Origin: Macrostomum lignano
Lineage: Eukaryota
Direction: 5' to 3'
Length of the DNA stretch: 64,000 nucleotides
Assembly (NCBI GenBank): GCA_002269645.1
Contig: NIVC01001965.1
Location: 156,254 to 220,253 of the forward strand
The translations under genes were made by a program, and so were the position numbers. The notes under the pieces are model-generated. The model was not told where the DNA came from. It made no database searches and saw only the letters and a list, made by a program, of their open reading frames with translations. This document shows, one piece after another, positions 1 through 15,334 of this stretch; the stretch's first letter is position 1; every line of letters starts with the position of its first letter.

Positions 1-121
1 CTTCTCTCTTCTCTCCTCTCTCTTCTCTCTCTTCTCTCTCTTCTCTCTCTCCTCTCTCCTCTCTCCTCTCTCCTTTTTCCTCTCTACTCTTTCCTCTCTG
101 CTCTCTCATCTCCCCTCTCTC
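1..121. repeat. CT-rich low-complexity/microsatellite tract
   Basis: Almost exclusively C/T (ctctc, ttctct units) from the window start. Confidence 0.95.
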
Positions 122-510
122 TCGTGAAACGCAAGTCAATTAAAATTGTATTAATCTGCGTTTGTGACGACAAAGATGCCAGTCTCGGCTCTACTGGTTG
201 GCCCCAAATAAGGAAGAAACATGCCTTGCATACTTCTGTGTTAAGCTCAGTCGCTATCATCCTTGTTAAAGTTTTGCTCAATTTTCTTACTAGCAACGAG
301 GCAAGGGCACAGCTGAGCCCACTGCAGACAGCAATGGTACTAAAGAACTTACAATCTACTTCAATGCATTGTTGTTCATAAAGAGGCGTTGGTCCGTGCG
401 AAAATTCTCACAAACCGCCTGATTAGTGCAACACTACTAAATAGTGAAGAAGCCTTTGAGTAATTTCTCAGTTTTTCTTCTCTCTCCGAACTCGACCCGA
501 GATCGGCTCC

Positions 511-697
511 ATGGGCGCAGGCGTTCGCTCGGCCAAGTCTCGGCTGCTCCGCTGGCTGCTGGTTGCCGGCTGCATCGGCTGCTTCACCTCAACCGTGGCC
601 GCGGCCGCGCTCGACTTCTGGCGCATGGGCGAGTGCAGCACCAATGCCAGCTGCAAGTGGCATCGCGGCCTGCCTTGGGTCTACGATAATGGCACTG
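511..697 (+). CDS. Claudin/PMP22-like tetraspan membrane protein, exon 1 of 3
   Basis: ATG at 511. MGAGVRSAKSRLLRWLLVAGCIGCFTSTVAAAALDFW...KWHRGLPW: TM1 followed by a W...GL(P)W motif. Donor G|GTGAGT at 697/698, phase 1. Confidence 0.65.
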
Positions 698-736
698 GTG
701 AGTGCGGCATGTCAGCTGGATGGTGCTGCATTGGTG

Positions 737-1175
737 GGTTCCTGATTGGTCATGTGGGTTCCTGATTGCTCATAGTGGTTTCCTCATTGCTCATAGTGGT
801 TCCCTGATTGCTCATAGTGGTTTCCTGATTGCTCATAGTGGTTTCCTGGTTGGTCATAGTGGTTTCCTGATTGGTCATAGTCGTTTCCTGATTGCTCATA
901 GTGGTTTCCTGATTGCTCATAGTGGTTTCCTGATTGGTCATAGTGGTTTCAAGATTGCTCATAGTGGTTTCCTGATTGGTCATAGTGGTTTCAAGATTGG
1001 TCATACTGGTTTCCTGATTGGTCATAGTGGTTTCAAGATTGGTCATAGTGGTTCCCTGATTGGTCATAGTGGTTTCCTGATTGGTCATAGTGGTTTCCTG
1101 ATTAGTCATGGTTTCCTGATTGGTCATAGTGGTTTCCTGATTAGTCATGGTTTCCTGATTGGTCTTAGTGGTCTC
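737..1175. repeat. 21-bp minisatellite (GGTTTCCTGATTGSTCATAGT)n in intron 1 of the claudin-like gene
   Basis: About 20 tandem copies visible directly. It explains the periodic ORFs 702-1205 and 750-1148. Confidence 0.95.
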
Positions 1176-1352
1176 CTACTTCATGAAACCTTCAACAATT
1201 CTTAATGAACATATACTCATAGTTTATTATCTTTATTTTTTAAAGTTTGCATTGTATCTGCATTTTAAAAACGATAAAAACGTGCATCCACTGCTACTCA
1301 TACTTGACCAGCAGTAGTAATTCCAAGCCTCGCTCTCTTGCAACGCCATCAG

Positions 1353-1502
1353 CTTTCGCAGTGATTGTGCTGCTACTAATTGTCCTCTCGCTGCTGCTGC
1401 TGCTGGCGGTCCTGCTGGCGGTCCTGCTGGAGCTGCTGGTGCCCCGGCTGAAGCTCAACAAGCAGCTCATGATGACCATTTTTGCTCTGTTTATCGCTGC
1501 AG
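1353..1502 (+). CDS. Claudin/PMP22-like protein, exon 2 of 3 (TM2-TM3)
   Basis: Phase-1 acceptor CATCAG at 1352 (alternative TTCGCAG at 1361). Hydrophobic FAVIVLLLIVLSLLLLLAVLLAVLLELLVPRLKLNKQLMMTIFALFIAA. Donor CAG|GTATGT at 1502/1503, phase 1. Confidence 0.6.
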
Positions 1503-1567
1503 GTATGTAAAATTGTTAAACAAATTAGCCCGACACTCAGTACAGCAATAAAACAGGCAGGTTTTAC

Positions 1568-1987
1568 CACAGATACTAAAATAACTAGATGAGCCACTAT
1601 TCAGGCATATATACTTATTAAAACAGCTTTCTACTTTCAGTATAAAAATAAAGCCGGCTGAAATGACTTTGATAAGTTTAGAAGCCCAAGCTTGCAGGCG
1701 TAAACAGCTTGCTAATTGGTTCAGCAATAATGTACATTAGCCAGTCCACTGAAATGTACATGGCAGCTTTAGGCTGGAATTCCGAGAAAGGCAATAAAAT
1801 TGGGGCGGGGCGAGGGGGGTAGTGTGAAAAGGCGCGGTTGGAGGGTTTAGCTAGAGGGTAAGAGCCAATAAATGAGCCTTGGCTATAAAAATACATTAAA
1901 ATGCTTACTGTCTAACCTACTACTGAACTGAAAGTAGCTTGCACGCAAATGTGCTGAGTGGCCCATCTAGTTCTTCTAGTACCTGTG
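1568..1987. mobile_element. About 420-bp MITE, family A copy 1 (CACAG...CTGTG termini)
   Basis: TIRs cagatactaaaataactagatg(a/g)gccact / agtggcccatctagtt...ctgtg. The internal sequence is near-identical to 47131-47575 and is the reverse complement of 42389-42804. No TSD recognised. Confidence 0.85.
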
Positions 1988-2114
1988 AGTTTACTAATAT
2001 GAGAACATTCGTTCTGTTTTAAAAACGATCTCTATTATTGCGTCTCTCAGTCCCTCATGTACTACAAAACTCAGCCTTCAAATAATTTTCTAAGCTGAAA
2101 GCTGATAAACTTTT

Positions 2115-2215
2115 GAGAGCAGCTCGGACAAAATGCCTGCTGGCTGCATTTGCAATTTGGAAGTCCAGAAGGTGAGAAATTGGGAATTCAGTGCTGAAGA
2201 ACTGAAAACTTCCCA
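2115..2215. mobile_element. Fragment of MITE family B (right arm)
   Basis: gcagctcggacaaaa..cctgctggctgcatttgcaatttgg..gtccag.aggtgagaaattggg.attcagtgctgaa matches 28270-28365. Confidence 0.7.
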
Positions 2216-2238
2216 TCAAAAGCAGCCCCGATTGCGGA

Positions 2239-4495
2239 AGAATCTCGTCAGGGGAATTTCGGCAGGTGAATCTCGGCAGGGGGAATCTCGGCAGGGGAAT
2301 CTCGGCAGGTGAATCTCGGTGGGAGAATCTCGGCAGGTGAATCTCGGCAGGGGAATCTCGGTGGGAGAATCTCGGCAGGTGAATCTCGGCAGGGGAATCT
2401 CGGTGGGAGAATCTCGGCAGGAGAATCTCGGCAGGAGAATCTCGGCAGGTGAATCTCGGTGGGAGAATCTCGGTGGGAGAATCTCGGCAGGGGAATCTCG
2501 GCAGGAGAATCTCGGCAGGTGAATCTCGGTTGGAGAATCTCGGTGGGAGAATCTCGGCAGGTGAATCTCGGCAGGGGAATCTCGGCAGGTGAATCTCGGC
2601 AGGGGAATCTCGGTGGGAGAATCTCGGTGGGAGAATCTCGGCAGGAGAATCTCGGCAGGTGAATCTCGGCAGGAGAATCTCGGCAGGTGAATCTCGGTGG
2701 GAGAATCTTGGTGGGAGAATCTCGGCAGGTGAATCTCGGCAGGGGAATCTCGGCAGGTGAATCTCGGCAGGTGAATCTCGATGGGAGAATATCGGTGGGA
2801 GAATCTCGGCAGGAGAATCTCGGCAGGTGAATCTCGGTGGGAGAATATCGGTGGGGGAATCTCGGCAGGGGAATCTCGGCAGGGGAATCTCGGTGGGAGA
2901 ATCTCGGTGGGAGAATCTCGGCAGGTGAATCTCGGCAGGTGAATCTCGGCAGGAGAATCTCGGCAGGTGAATCTCGGTGGGAGAATCTCGGTGGGAGAAT
3001 CTCGGTGGGAGAATCTCGGTGGGAGAATCTCGGTGGGAGAATCTCGGTGGGAGAATCTCGGCAGGGGAATCTCGGCAGGAGAATCTCGGCAGGTGAATCT
3101 CGGTGGGAGAATCTCGGTGTGAGAATCTCGGCAGGTGAATCTCGGCAGGGGAATCTCGGCAGGTGAATCTCGGCAGGGGAATCTCGGTGGGAGAATCTCG
3201 GTGGGAGAATCTCGGCAGGTGAATCTCGGCAGGTGAATCTCGGCAGGAGAATCTCGGCAGGTGAATCTCGGTGGGAGAATCTTGGTGGGAGAATCTCGGC
3301 AGGTGAATCTCGGCAGGGGAATCTCGGCAGGTGAATCTCGGCAGGTGAATCTCGGTGGGAGAATATCGGTGGGAGAATCTCGGCAGGAGAATCTCGGCAG
3401 GTGAATCTCGGTGGGAGAATATCGGTGGGGGAATCTCGGCAGGGGAATCTCGGCAGGGGAATCTCGGCAGGGGAATCTCGGTGGGAGAATCTCGGTGGGA
3501 GAATCTCGGCAGGTGAATCTCGGCAGGTGAATCTCGGCAGGTGAATCTCGGTGGGAGAATCTCGGTGGGAGAATCTCGGTGGGAGAATCTCGGTGGGAGA
3601 ATCTCGGTGGGAGAATCTCGGTGGAAGAATCTCGGTGGGAGAATCTCGTTGGGAGAATCTCGGTGGGAGAATCTCGGCAGGGGAATCTCGGTGGGAGAAT
3701 ATCGGTGGGAGAATCTCGGCAGGTGAATCTCGGCAGGGGGAATCTCGGCAGGGGAATCTCGGCAGGTGAATCTCGGCAGGGGAATCTCGGTGGGAGAATC
3801 TCGGTGGGAGAATCTCGGTGGGAGAATCTCGGCAGGGGAATCTCGGTGGGAGAATCTCGGCAGGGGAATCTCGGTGGGAGAATCTCGGTGGGAGAATCTC
3901 GGTGGGAGAATCTCGGTGGGAGAATCTCGGTGGGAGAATCTCGGTGGGAGAATCTCGGTGGGAGAATCTCGGTGGGAGAATCTCGGTGGGAGAATCTCGG
4001 TGGGAGAATCTCGGTGGGAGAATCTCGGTGGGAGAATCTCGGCAGGGGAATCTCGGTGGGAGAATCTCGGTGGGAGAATCTCGGCAGGTGAATCTCGGCA
4101 GGGGGAATCTCGGCAGGGGAATCTCGGCAGGTGAATCTCGGCAGGGGAATCTCGGTGGGAGAATCTCGGTGGGAGAATCTCGGTGGGAGAATCTCGGTGG
4201 GAGAATCTCGGCAGGAGAATCTCGGTGGGAGAATCTCGGCAGGTGAATCTCGGCAGGGGGAATCTCGGCAGGGGAATCTCGGCAGGTGAATCTCGGCAGG
4301 GGAATCTCGGTGGGAGAATCTCGGTGGGAGAATCTCGGTGGGAGAATCTCGGCAGGGGAATCTCGGTGGGAGAATCTCGGCAGGGGAATCTCGGCAGGGG
4401 AATCTCGGTGGGAGAATCTCGGCAGGGGAATCTCGGCAGGTGAATCTCGGTGGGAGAATCTCGGTGGGAGAATCTCGGTGGGAGAATCTCGGCAG
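2239..4495. repeat. 14-bp minisatellite with two main monomers (GAATCTCGGCAGGN / GAATCTCGGTGGGA), about 160 copies
   Basis: Direct periodicity. Lies in intron 2 of the claudin-like gene and generates the spurious 822/788-aa ORFs. Confidence 0.97.
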
Positions 4496-5120
4496 TAAAT
4501 AATCCAGCTAATGCATTTCGCACGAAAAGATACGCTAGTGTAGCGCCCTTTCACTTTAATTATCCGTGATTCTTGTGTATGAACTTTTTTTCTTAGAAAC
4601 TCTTCAGTTGCCACTCACTTCAGTAGTTCAAGTCGATCATAAATTGCATTTAGCACAGCTGACAAAGTCAGACTGAAAGTTAGACTGTCTAGTCATTCAT
4701 AAAAATGAAATTATAGCTATCAATAGTGATATGTGTTCCACTTGAGAATCCTAAAGAAAATAAATCGGGGATCTACTCAGTGCTAACTGTCCCAGTTTCT
4801 GGAACAGCTGTCATGAGAGTAATTGGAGTTTAAACTATTAGGATTTTGAGCTTATTACAGGACAACGATGACAAATTCTGCCAAAAGAATAAGAAAAATA
4901 TAGCTATTGCCTGCAAAGAGAGAGGCTGCGATCGGAGGGTGCAGGGGTCCAGATGAAGCCATGAGAAAATTTTATTTGCATTACACTGACCCCATATGAA
5001 TGAAAACTTCCATGAACTGCTGGCTTAGAGTTTGAGTAGGCTAATAGGACGCTAGATTGCAGTTTAGGAGATAAAATAATCCGCTTTATTTTCGCCATGA
5101 AGCATTCTATATTTACTATT

Positions 5121-5467
5121 AGTCCCTCAGCCAACACCCCATAAACCCCAGTCCCTCAGCCAACACCCCATAAATCCAAGTCCCTCAGCCAACACCCCAT
5201 AAACCCCAGTCCCTCAGCCAACACCCCATAAACCCCAGTCCCTCAGCCAACACCCCATAAACCCCAGTCCCTCAGCCAACACCCCATAAACCCCAGTCCC
5301 TCAGCCAACACCCCATAAACCCCAGTCCCTCAGCCAACACCCCATAAACCCCAGTCCCTCAGCCAACACCCCATAAACCCCAGTCCCTCAGCCAACACCC
5401 CATAAACCCCAGTCCCTCAGCCAACACCCCATAAACCCCAGTCCCTCGGCCAACACCCCAAAACCCA
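5121..5467. repeat. 29-bp minisatellite (AGTCCCTCAGCCAACACCCCATAAACCCC)n, about 12 copies
   Basis: Period 29 (units start at 5121, 5150 and so on). Confidence 0.95.
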
Positions 5468-5561
5468 GGTCATTCTTAACTCCTCACAATAAAAAGTGTA
5501 CAAAAAGTCAACAATATAATTTTGCACCGATTCCCTACGGCGGTAACCATTCCAACTCCAG

Positions 5562-5767
5562 GTGGATCCTATCTACTCACCTGGATTCTCTACCTAATAT
5601 GGTCCGACTACCAGACTGGCTATCCATCATTTGCATTCTGGTTCTGGCTGTCCTCGGGCCTGACGCTGTTCCTGTGCGCCCCGGTGCAGCTGCTGGCCAT
5701 GCGCTGGGACGCCGAACGAGCGGCCAAGGCCGGCCTGAGACAGTCGCAGCCGCAGAAGCTGCAGTGA
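5562..5767 (+). CDS. Claudin/PMP22-like protein, exon 3 of 3 (end of TM3, TM4, tail)
   Basis: Acceptor CTCCAG at 5561, phase 1 matching exon 2. GSYLLTWILYLIWSDYQTGYPSFAFWFWLSSGLTLFLCAPVQLL...LQ*. The YxSFAFW resembles the claudin-family pre-TM4 motif. Confidence 0.65.
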
Positions 5768-6075
5768 GAATGTGGTGAAACAAAGTTAACAGTGAGTGAT
5801 CTTGCCGCCAATTTCACTAACAGACCAAAGCGTGCCCCGTTTTCTTCAACTGTTGTTCATTAAAATACAAGAGAGAACTCAGCCTGACCCAGAAATGCAA
5901 ATCGCGTTTACAGGCAAAAAAAATTTTTCTCGCTAAAACTGCAGCAACTGTAGCAACCCCCACTGCGGCTCCCCTGAGTGCCGGTGACACTTGGAATTAG
6001 TTGCTTGATTCTACTCAGAATGTTTAATCATGGTGCAGTGCGTAACAGCTGTCTGCAGTTGTATGCCTTGTCTGC

Positions 6076-6802
<727 letters not shown>

Positions 6803-8329
6803 TCTGAATAGGGTATGTTTTTTTTCTATTGTTTTCGTCCTCTATTCGATATAGAAAGTGTGCTCCTCAAAAGGGGTAGCAAATACAGCAATTCAGGGAA
6901 GGCCTTTTGAAAAGAATTTTCGAAGATTGAAAACTGCCTCTTATTCCACACTGATTCAACTCTGGCACGCTGCTACAGCCCTAATGTAAAAAAACTCAAA
7001 ATCGTTTCCAATACAACATCGGATCTCTGAGCAATAAAGCTTCGTGCCATTTCCGTACAACGGCAACGGGCTCCCCCCGATACAATGCTTCCTATTCTGC
7101 AACTGTTTCCAACCATTCTCAAATTTCTGAGCTTTTATTGTCTTCAGCGCAACTGTGAGATAGAAATCTTGCAAGGAAGCAATCATCGAACAAACAAGAG
7201 GTGTGAGGGAAGCGCTCTGTCTCGATGGGAACGAGAGAACTGTAGAGGATTAGCGGCAGTTGATTGAAATTTTTTTGGAGAAAATTCCTGGGACTAAAGC
7301 AGTAAACAAAACGGCAGGTCTACGCTCGTAATTGCTACTTGATGCTTGACGAATCGAATGAGATATTGTATGCTTGTTGAATCCATCGAATTACTATATA
7401 TGGATACAGTTTTATTCAGATGAAATTCGAGAAATCTAAATAAAATCGAAGGTTATTTTTAGCTATTTGCCAATTCAACTGAACTGAGTTATTCAAAAGC
7501 GACAACGGATCATTTTGACGGCCATATGTCATGCTCAAAGTTGACCAGCCAATGAGAAATAAGCAGGGGACGGAATTTAAATGTACGTACACCGCTAGGC
7601 ACTGTACAGTGAGGTGATGGCTAAATAAGAAGCAGCCAGCCAATAAGAAGCCAATAAGAAGCCAATACAAGGGGAAGGAGTCTTGATGTACACAGAGGCA
7701 TTGTACAGTTTACAGTGCTGGTTTTTTAGTGGCCAAGCAGCCAATAAGAAGCAAGCAGAGGGTACGACAATTTACTCCTGCCAACAAATCTTACATTTCC
7801 CAGAGTCTCTCAAAATGACAGGTGTTGCAGCCTCAACAATCAATCAATAATCATGACAGTTTCTGCTTCTAATGCACATAATTTAGAGTGTAAAACAATT
7901 AATTTTCAATAGTCCTTGACCTTATAAAACTTATTCTATAATAGCTACAATGATTTTATGCATTTTGCAATATGCATTTCGTAGCAAACCTTCGACATTG
8001 CATGATCACAAAAAACGCATTAAATCTGTGATTAAGATCAAATTAGCCTAGACGGCACGCAGTAAATTCGCCATATCAACCTTGTCATTGAGATGTTTTT
8101 GCCCCGCTTTCATCTTAACAGCGGGCGAAAACAGCAAGGCTTACCGAGGCTGCTGCGTTAGAGAGAACGGGATGTTTGAGAACTGCATTTCTCTGTGGTT
8201 TCGAAGCTCTCTCAGTTGCCTGTTCGAGCCATCTGTTCGTCTTTTGTAACCTTTCCTTCTTAATCAAAGAGTCTTTCAGAGTGCACTCTCGATTGTCAGT
8301 GCATCATGTTGTTTAGTTAGCCATTTAAT

Positions 8330-10757
<2,428 letters not shown>

Positions 10758-11024
10758 CTCCATCAACAGAGCCATAAATCATAGATTATCAATCGCATCA
10801 ATGCTTGACAGATGCAGCAAGTCAGCTGAGCGGACCCAGCTAAATAAGTTATATGTATTTTTTTCAAACTGTGCCAGAAACATCGATGCATATTTTATAT
10901 TTATATATATAATACACACTGGGCCAACGGTGCGACCAATTTGGTGAGTCATTAATGGGGGGGGGGCATCTCAACGATGAAGTCTAACGGCCGGCTAGCA
11001 TTTCATGCGCTCACAGTCTCAAAT

Positions 11025-11257
11025 TTATTTGATGCGCAAAATCTTTTTGAAGGCCTTCCTAAACTCGGTGTTAAAAATAGTGTAAATAAGCGGGTTCATG
11101 AAGCTGTTCACGTAGCCGAGCCAGACTATGAACACGTTGATGCGCCTGTCGTAGCGGCAGATGGGGCCGATGCTGGAGCCGTTGCTCATCTTCTTCAGGC
11201 AGGCCGCCCACATCAAATTCGTGATGAAAAATGGCAGCCAGCAGAGCAGGAAGACGC
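11025..11257 (-). CDS. D2-like dopamine receptor, exon 4 of 4 (TM6-TM7, helix 8)
   Basis: Acceptor CTGCAG at 11258, phase 1. [15 protein letters not shown]...[32 protein letters not shown], with CWxP and NPxxY motifs. Confidence 0.92.
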
Positions 11258-11573
11258 CTGCAGGTGAGGAGGAGAGTTGGTTTGTAGCTGTTCTGTGCTG
11301 CTGTGTTGTGATGTTTCCGAGCACAAGTCTCAGGGGTTATTTAAGTCTATATGAAAATTAAGGTTCAGCTGCAAAAAAATCGACAAAAAAGCGACAGTCG
11401 ATGTGGCAAAGCAGACATGCACATCCCGCTGACCCCTGAGTAAACAGGCGCACGCTCACACAGGGTGTACAGCGGCCCTGGCTAACCATCGTCAGGCATG
11501 CACACTCCTCGTGTTAATCTAACCTAAACTCTAACCTTCGCCCTAGCTCATGTACCCTAACTCTATAGCCCCG

Positions 11574-11862
11574 ACCTAAACCCTAACCAAAACCCTAACC
11601 TAAACAGTAAAACCCTAACCTAAACCCTAAAACCCTAACCTAAACCCTAAAACCTTAACCTAAACCCTAAAACCCTAACCTAAACCCTAAAACCCTAACC
11701 TAAACCCTGTAACCCTAACCTAAAAAGTAAAACCCTAACCTAAACCCTAAAACCCTAACCTAAACCCTATAACCCTAACCTAAACCCTATAACCCTAACC
11801 TAAACCCTATAACCCTAACCTAAACCCTATAACCCTAACCTAAACCCTATAACCCTAACCTA
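11574..11862. repeat. Telomere-like 20-bp array (AACCCTAACCTAAACCCTAW)n in D2R intron 3
   Basis: Tandem units containing CCCTAA, CCTAA and CCCTAAA motifs. Confidence 0.9.
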
Positions 11863-11951
11863 AGAAACTAATCCTAAGCAGACAATTTAATTGCACGACG
11901 CTTCTGAGCACGGAATCGAACCCAAGCGACATTGAAAAAGCGCTTCCCTAC

Positions 11952-12994
11952 CGAGCACGATGGCCAGAGTCTTTGTCGCTTTCTTTTCCCGCCGCGCCGC
12001 CGACCTGTCGCTTTTCTTTTTCTTCGATTTCTTCTTCAGCTTCAGCTGGAACAGGCGCTTCTGCGACTTGCCGCCAACTGGCTCGGAGGCTTTCGACGGA
12101 GCCGACGCCGCCACCGCCGCCGCTGCCTCAGGCGCCGCCGCTTGAACTGTGCCGCTGTTGTCTGAAGTGGACGGTCCAGCTAAGTTCTGGCTCTCGCGCA
12201 GGGGCATCGGCGACTCCGCCATCTCGTTGGCGTAATCCTCCTCTTCCTCCTCTTCCCCTTCTTCGTCTTCCCCTTCGGCTTCGTAGTCGCCCTTGTCTTT
12301 GAAATCAGCCCGGTTGCCATGGTGACCGCCGGAGTCTCCATGGAGGCCACAGCTGTGCGGAATCGGTGCCTCCCCGGTGTAAATGCCGTCAGTGCGACAG
12401 GCCAGGCAGTCCCGGGCGGACACCGCTGAGACGCTCAGCCGGTCCGGCCGGCTCGGGTTCGCCCGCACCAGCAGCACCGCTGGCGTCCCGCCTCCGCCTC
12501 CGCCATCCTTCTTGCTGCTGCTGTTGTTCTTGGCGGTGCTCTTCTTTTGCTCAGTCAATGCGATGGCGACTTCGTCGGTTCGACCGGCAGTGGCGCCGGC
12601 TCCGTCTGGCGGCTGCTGCTCGGCATCGCCGCGGTTTTTCCGCCGGCTGCCGCCGCTGGCCTTGACGTTCTCGTAGACTTTGCCCCGTCTAGTCGCGGCC
12701 GCTTTCTTAGCTCGAGCCCGAATAACGGTGAAGATGCGGTAGTACAGCACCAGCATCACTATGCAGGGGATGTAGAAGCTGCCCAGGCTGGAGTAGATCA
12801 GGAAGTCGCCGTTAAAAAAGGTGCAGACGTTGCGAAATTTCTTCTGATAGCGGACGCCCTGCAGATTCTGCAGGCCGCAGCCGATTGGCAGGGCGATGCC
12901 GATGGACAACAGCCAACTTCCGGCGATGGTCACGTGAGTGCGCTTGGAGTTCTTGTGCTTGGCGTACTTGATGGGCTGCGTGACCGCGATGAAC
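11952..12994 (-). CDS. D2-like dopamine receptor, exon 3 of 4 (end of DRF, TM4, TM5, long ICL3, start of TM6)
   Basis: Acceptor TGGCAG at 12995, phase 2. FIAVTQPIKYAKHKNSKR...YSSLGSFYIPCIVML...SAARREKKATKTLAIVL. Donor G|GTAGGG, phase 1. Confidence 0.92.
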
Positions 12995-13090
12995 CTGCCA
13001 ATGGGACAGCGACGCGTTTGAGTACTGAGCTCTGGTTTTGAATAGCATTCAGCTGACAATGATCCTGAAATATAGATTTCTCAGCAACCC

Positions 13091-13676
13091 TGAGCACATT
13101 CGACCTTGAGCCTCTAGTCTCACCATGAGCACATTCGACCTTGAGCCTCTAGTCTCACCATGAGCACATTCGACCTTGAGCCTCTAGTCTCACCATGAGC
13201 ACAGTTGACCTTGAGCCTCTAGTCTCACCATGAGCACAGTTGACCTTGAGCCTCTAGTCTCACCATGAGCACAGTTGACCTTGAGCCTCTAGTCTCACCA
13301 TGAGCACAGTTGACCTTGAGCCTCTAGTCTCACCATGAGCACAGTTGACCTTGAGCCTTTAGTCTCACCATGAGCACAGTTGACCTTGAGCCTCTAGTCT
13401 CACCATGAGCACAGTTGACCTTGAGCCTTTAGTCTCACCATGAGCACAGTTGACCTTGAGCCTCTAGTCTCACCATGAGCACAGTTGACCTTGAGCCTCT
13501 AGTCTCACCATGAGCACAGTTGACCTTGAGCCTCTAGTCTCACCATGAGCACAGTTGACCTTGAGCCTCTAGTCTCACCATGAGCACAGTTGACCTTGAG
13601 CCTCTAGTCTCACCATGAGCACAGTTGACCTTGAGCCTTTAGTCTCACCATGAGCACAGTTGACCTTGAGCCCTTT
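13091..13676. repeat. 35-bp minisatellite (TGAGCACAGTTGACCTTGAGCCTCTAGTCTCACCA)n, about 17 copies
   Basis: Period 35 (for example 13231, 13266). In D2R intron 2. Confidence 0.95.
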
Positions 13677-13967
13677 TTCTCACCTGGAGGCCTGACCTTT
13701 AGCCTCATCATGACACTCCTTGTTAAAGAGTTTGTGCATCTCAAATTGAGAAGCGAGTGTCAACGATTTCAACAGCAAGAAGGAGAGTATTCAGGCTAGC
13801 TCCCGTTCGAGTCAAAGTCGTGCGGAGGATTAAAATTTCTAAACCAACTTAACAGCCACAGAGTGAGGATGAAAAACTGATAAACAATTTGCCCATGAAG
13901 CTGGAGCTCATGCTCTATTGGACTCTCTCAGCTGCCTTCTCGGGCATTAAGAATTTTATTCTGAGTT

Positions 13968-14398
13968 TATTAGTGAGATCATTAGTGAGTTCATGAGTGA
14001 GTTCATGAGTGAGTTCATGAGTGAGTTCATGAGTGAGTTCATGAGTGAGTTCATGAGTGAGTTCATGAGTGAGTTCATGAGTGAGTTCATGAGTGAGTTC
14101 ATGAGTGAGTTCATGAGTGAGTTCATGAGTGAGTTCATGAGTGAGTTCATGAGTGAGTTCATGAGTGAGTTCATGAGTGAGTTCATGAGTGAGTTCATGA
14201 GTGAGTTCATGAGTGAGTTCATGAGTGAGTTCATGAGTGAGTTCATGAGTGAGTTTATGAGTGAGTTCATGAGTGAGTTAATGAGTGAGTTCATGAGTGA
14301 GTTCATGAGTGAGTTCATGAGTGAGTTCATGAGTGAGTTCATGAGTGAGTTTATGAGTGAGTTCATGAGTGAGTTCATGAGTGAGTTCATAAGTGAGG
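13968..14398. repeat. 12-bp minisatellite (ATGAGTGAGTTC)n
   Basis: About 35 copies. Same unit as 25788-26100 in the opposite orientation. Confidence 0.95.
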
Positions 14399-15334
14399 TT
14401 ATCAGTTCACGACTGACTTTATCAGTTTATGATGGAGTACATAAGTGAGTTTACCCTGAGTTAGTGAGTTTACGAGTAAATTAATAGTTGATTGAGTTCA
14501 TGAGCGACCAAGCACGCCAGCGAACAATTAAAATCGCTAGCATTATTTAGCCGAAAGTGCATCCGCGCCCGCCTGCAATAACAATGGCGGCCCTCGCCGA
14601 GCGCCCGTCGCCCAGGACGCGCCGACTCGCAGCAGCACAAAAAAGTTTTTGCTTTCCCAAAGCAGACCATTCACCCTGGCTGGGATTAGCAGCCTGTTGC
14701 TAGGGGGGGGGGGCAGTGCAGAAAGGGGATCTGGCAGTAGGACTCCACACAAGCTGACTCACTGTAACACCCGCGCACTGATGGGGATGAGAAGCGAGAG
14801 AGGAGCTGAAGCGTTTTTAATTGGCTCACCCCCCCCCGACGCTGCCACGGTGAAATCCCATAAATGCGAAATTAGTGCCGGAAGGCAAAAGCGAAGGTAA
14901 AGCGGGCGAAAGCTTAAGGTAAGGTCAAATTAATGACGCTCTGTCCATCCAAAAAGTTGCCATTTAAAAGCTTGGGCCTGCCTATTGCCTACCGCGGATT
15001 GGATCGGATGAAGTTGAAGCGGTTGAGTAGAAAAAAAGATGAGGTATCGATCGGGTCTGGTCTCCCGCACTCGTGTAGGCCAGCATTTATTTCCTCTGCT
15101 TCTGTCAAGCCCAGGGGGTGGTGCAGACGGCGCGGAGCCCTTACTCCGATTTTATGACCACTACTGGAGTTCTTAAGTAAATACTCTGAGCACATGAACC
15201 ATATTCTCTCAAAAGTTTACAACTATATCATTTTACACTTGCACCATTTTACAACTATATTGCTTGTACACTTACAAAATTGTACCTACAAAATTGTGAA
15301 CCTACTTCACCCTTCTGAACCTACTATATCCTTG

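Noticed and set aside
2055-4614. 822-aa and 788-aa minus-strand ORFs, and many short plus-strand ORFs
   Set aside because: Pure translations of the 14-bp satellite (period 14 aa), open only because the unit lacks stops. They lie in an intron.
11887-13059. 390-aa ORF as a complete single-exon gene
   Set aside because: It is D2R exon 3 extended into flanking introns. The true boundaries are 12994-11952, from splice sites and phase.
13091-13676. CRISPR-like array (35-bp period; also the 29-, 34-, 38- and 40-bp arrays)
   Set aside because: Head-to-tail tandem units with no unique spacers, no cas genes, and a eukaryotic intronic context.
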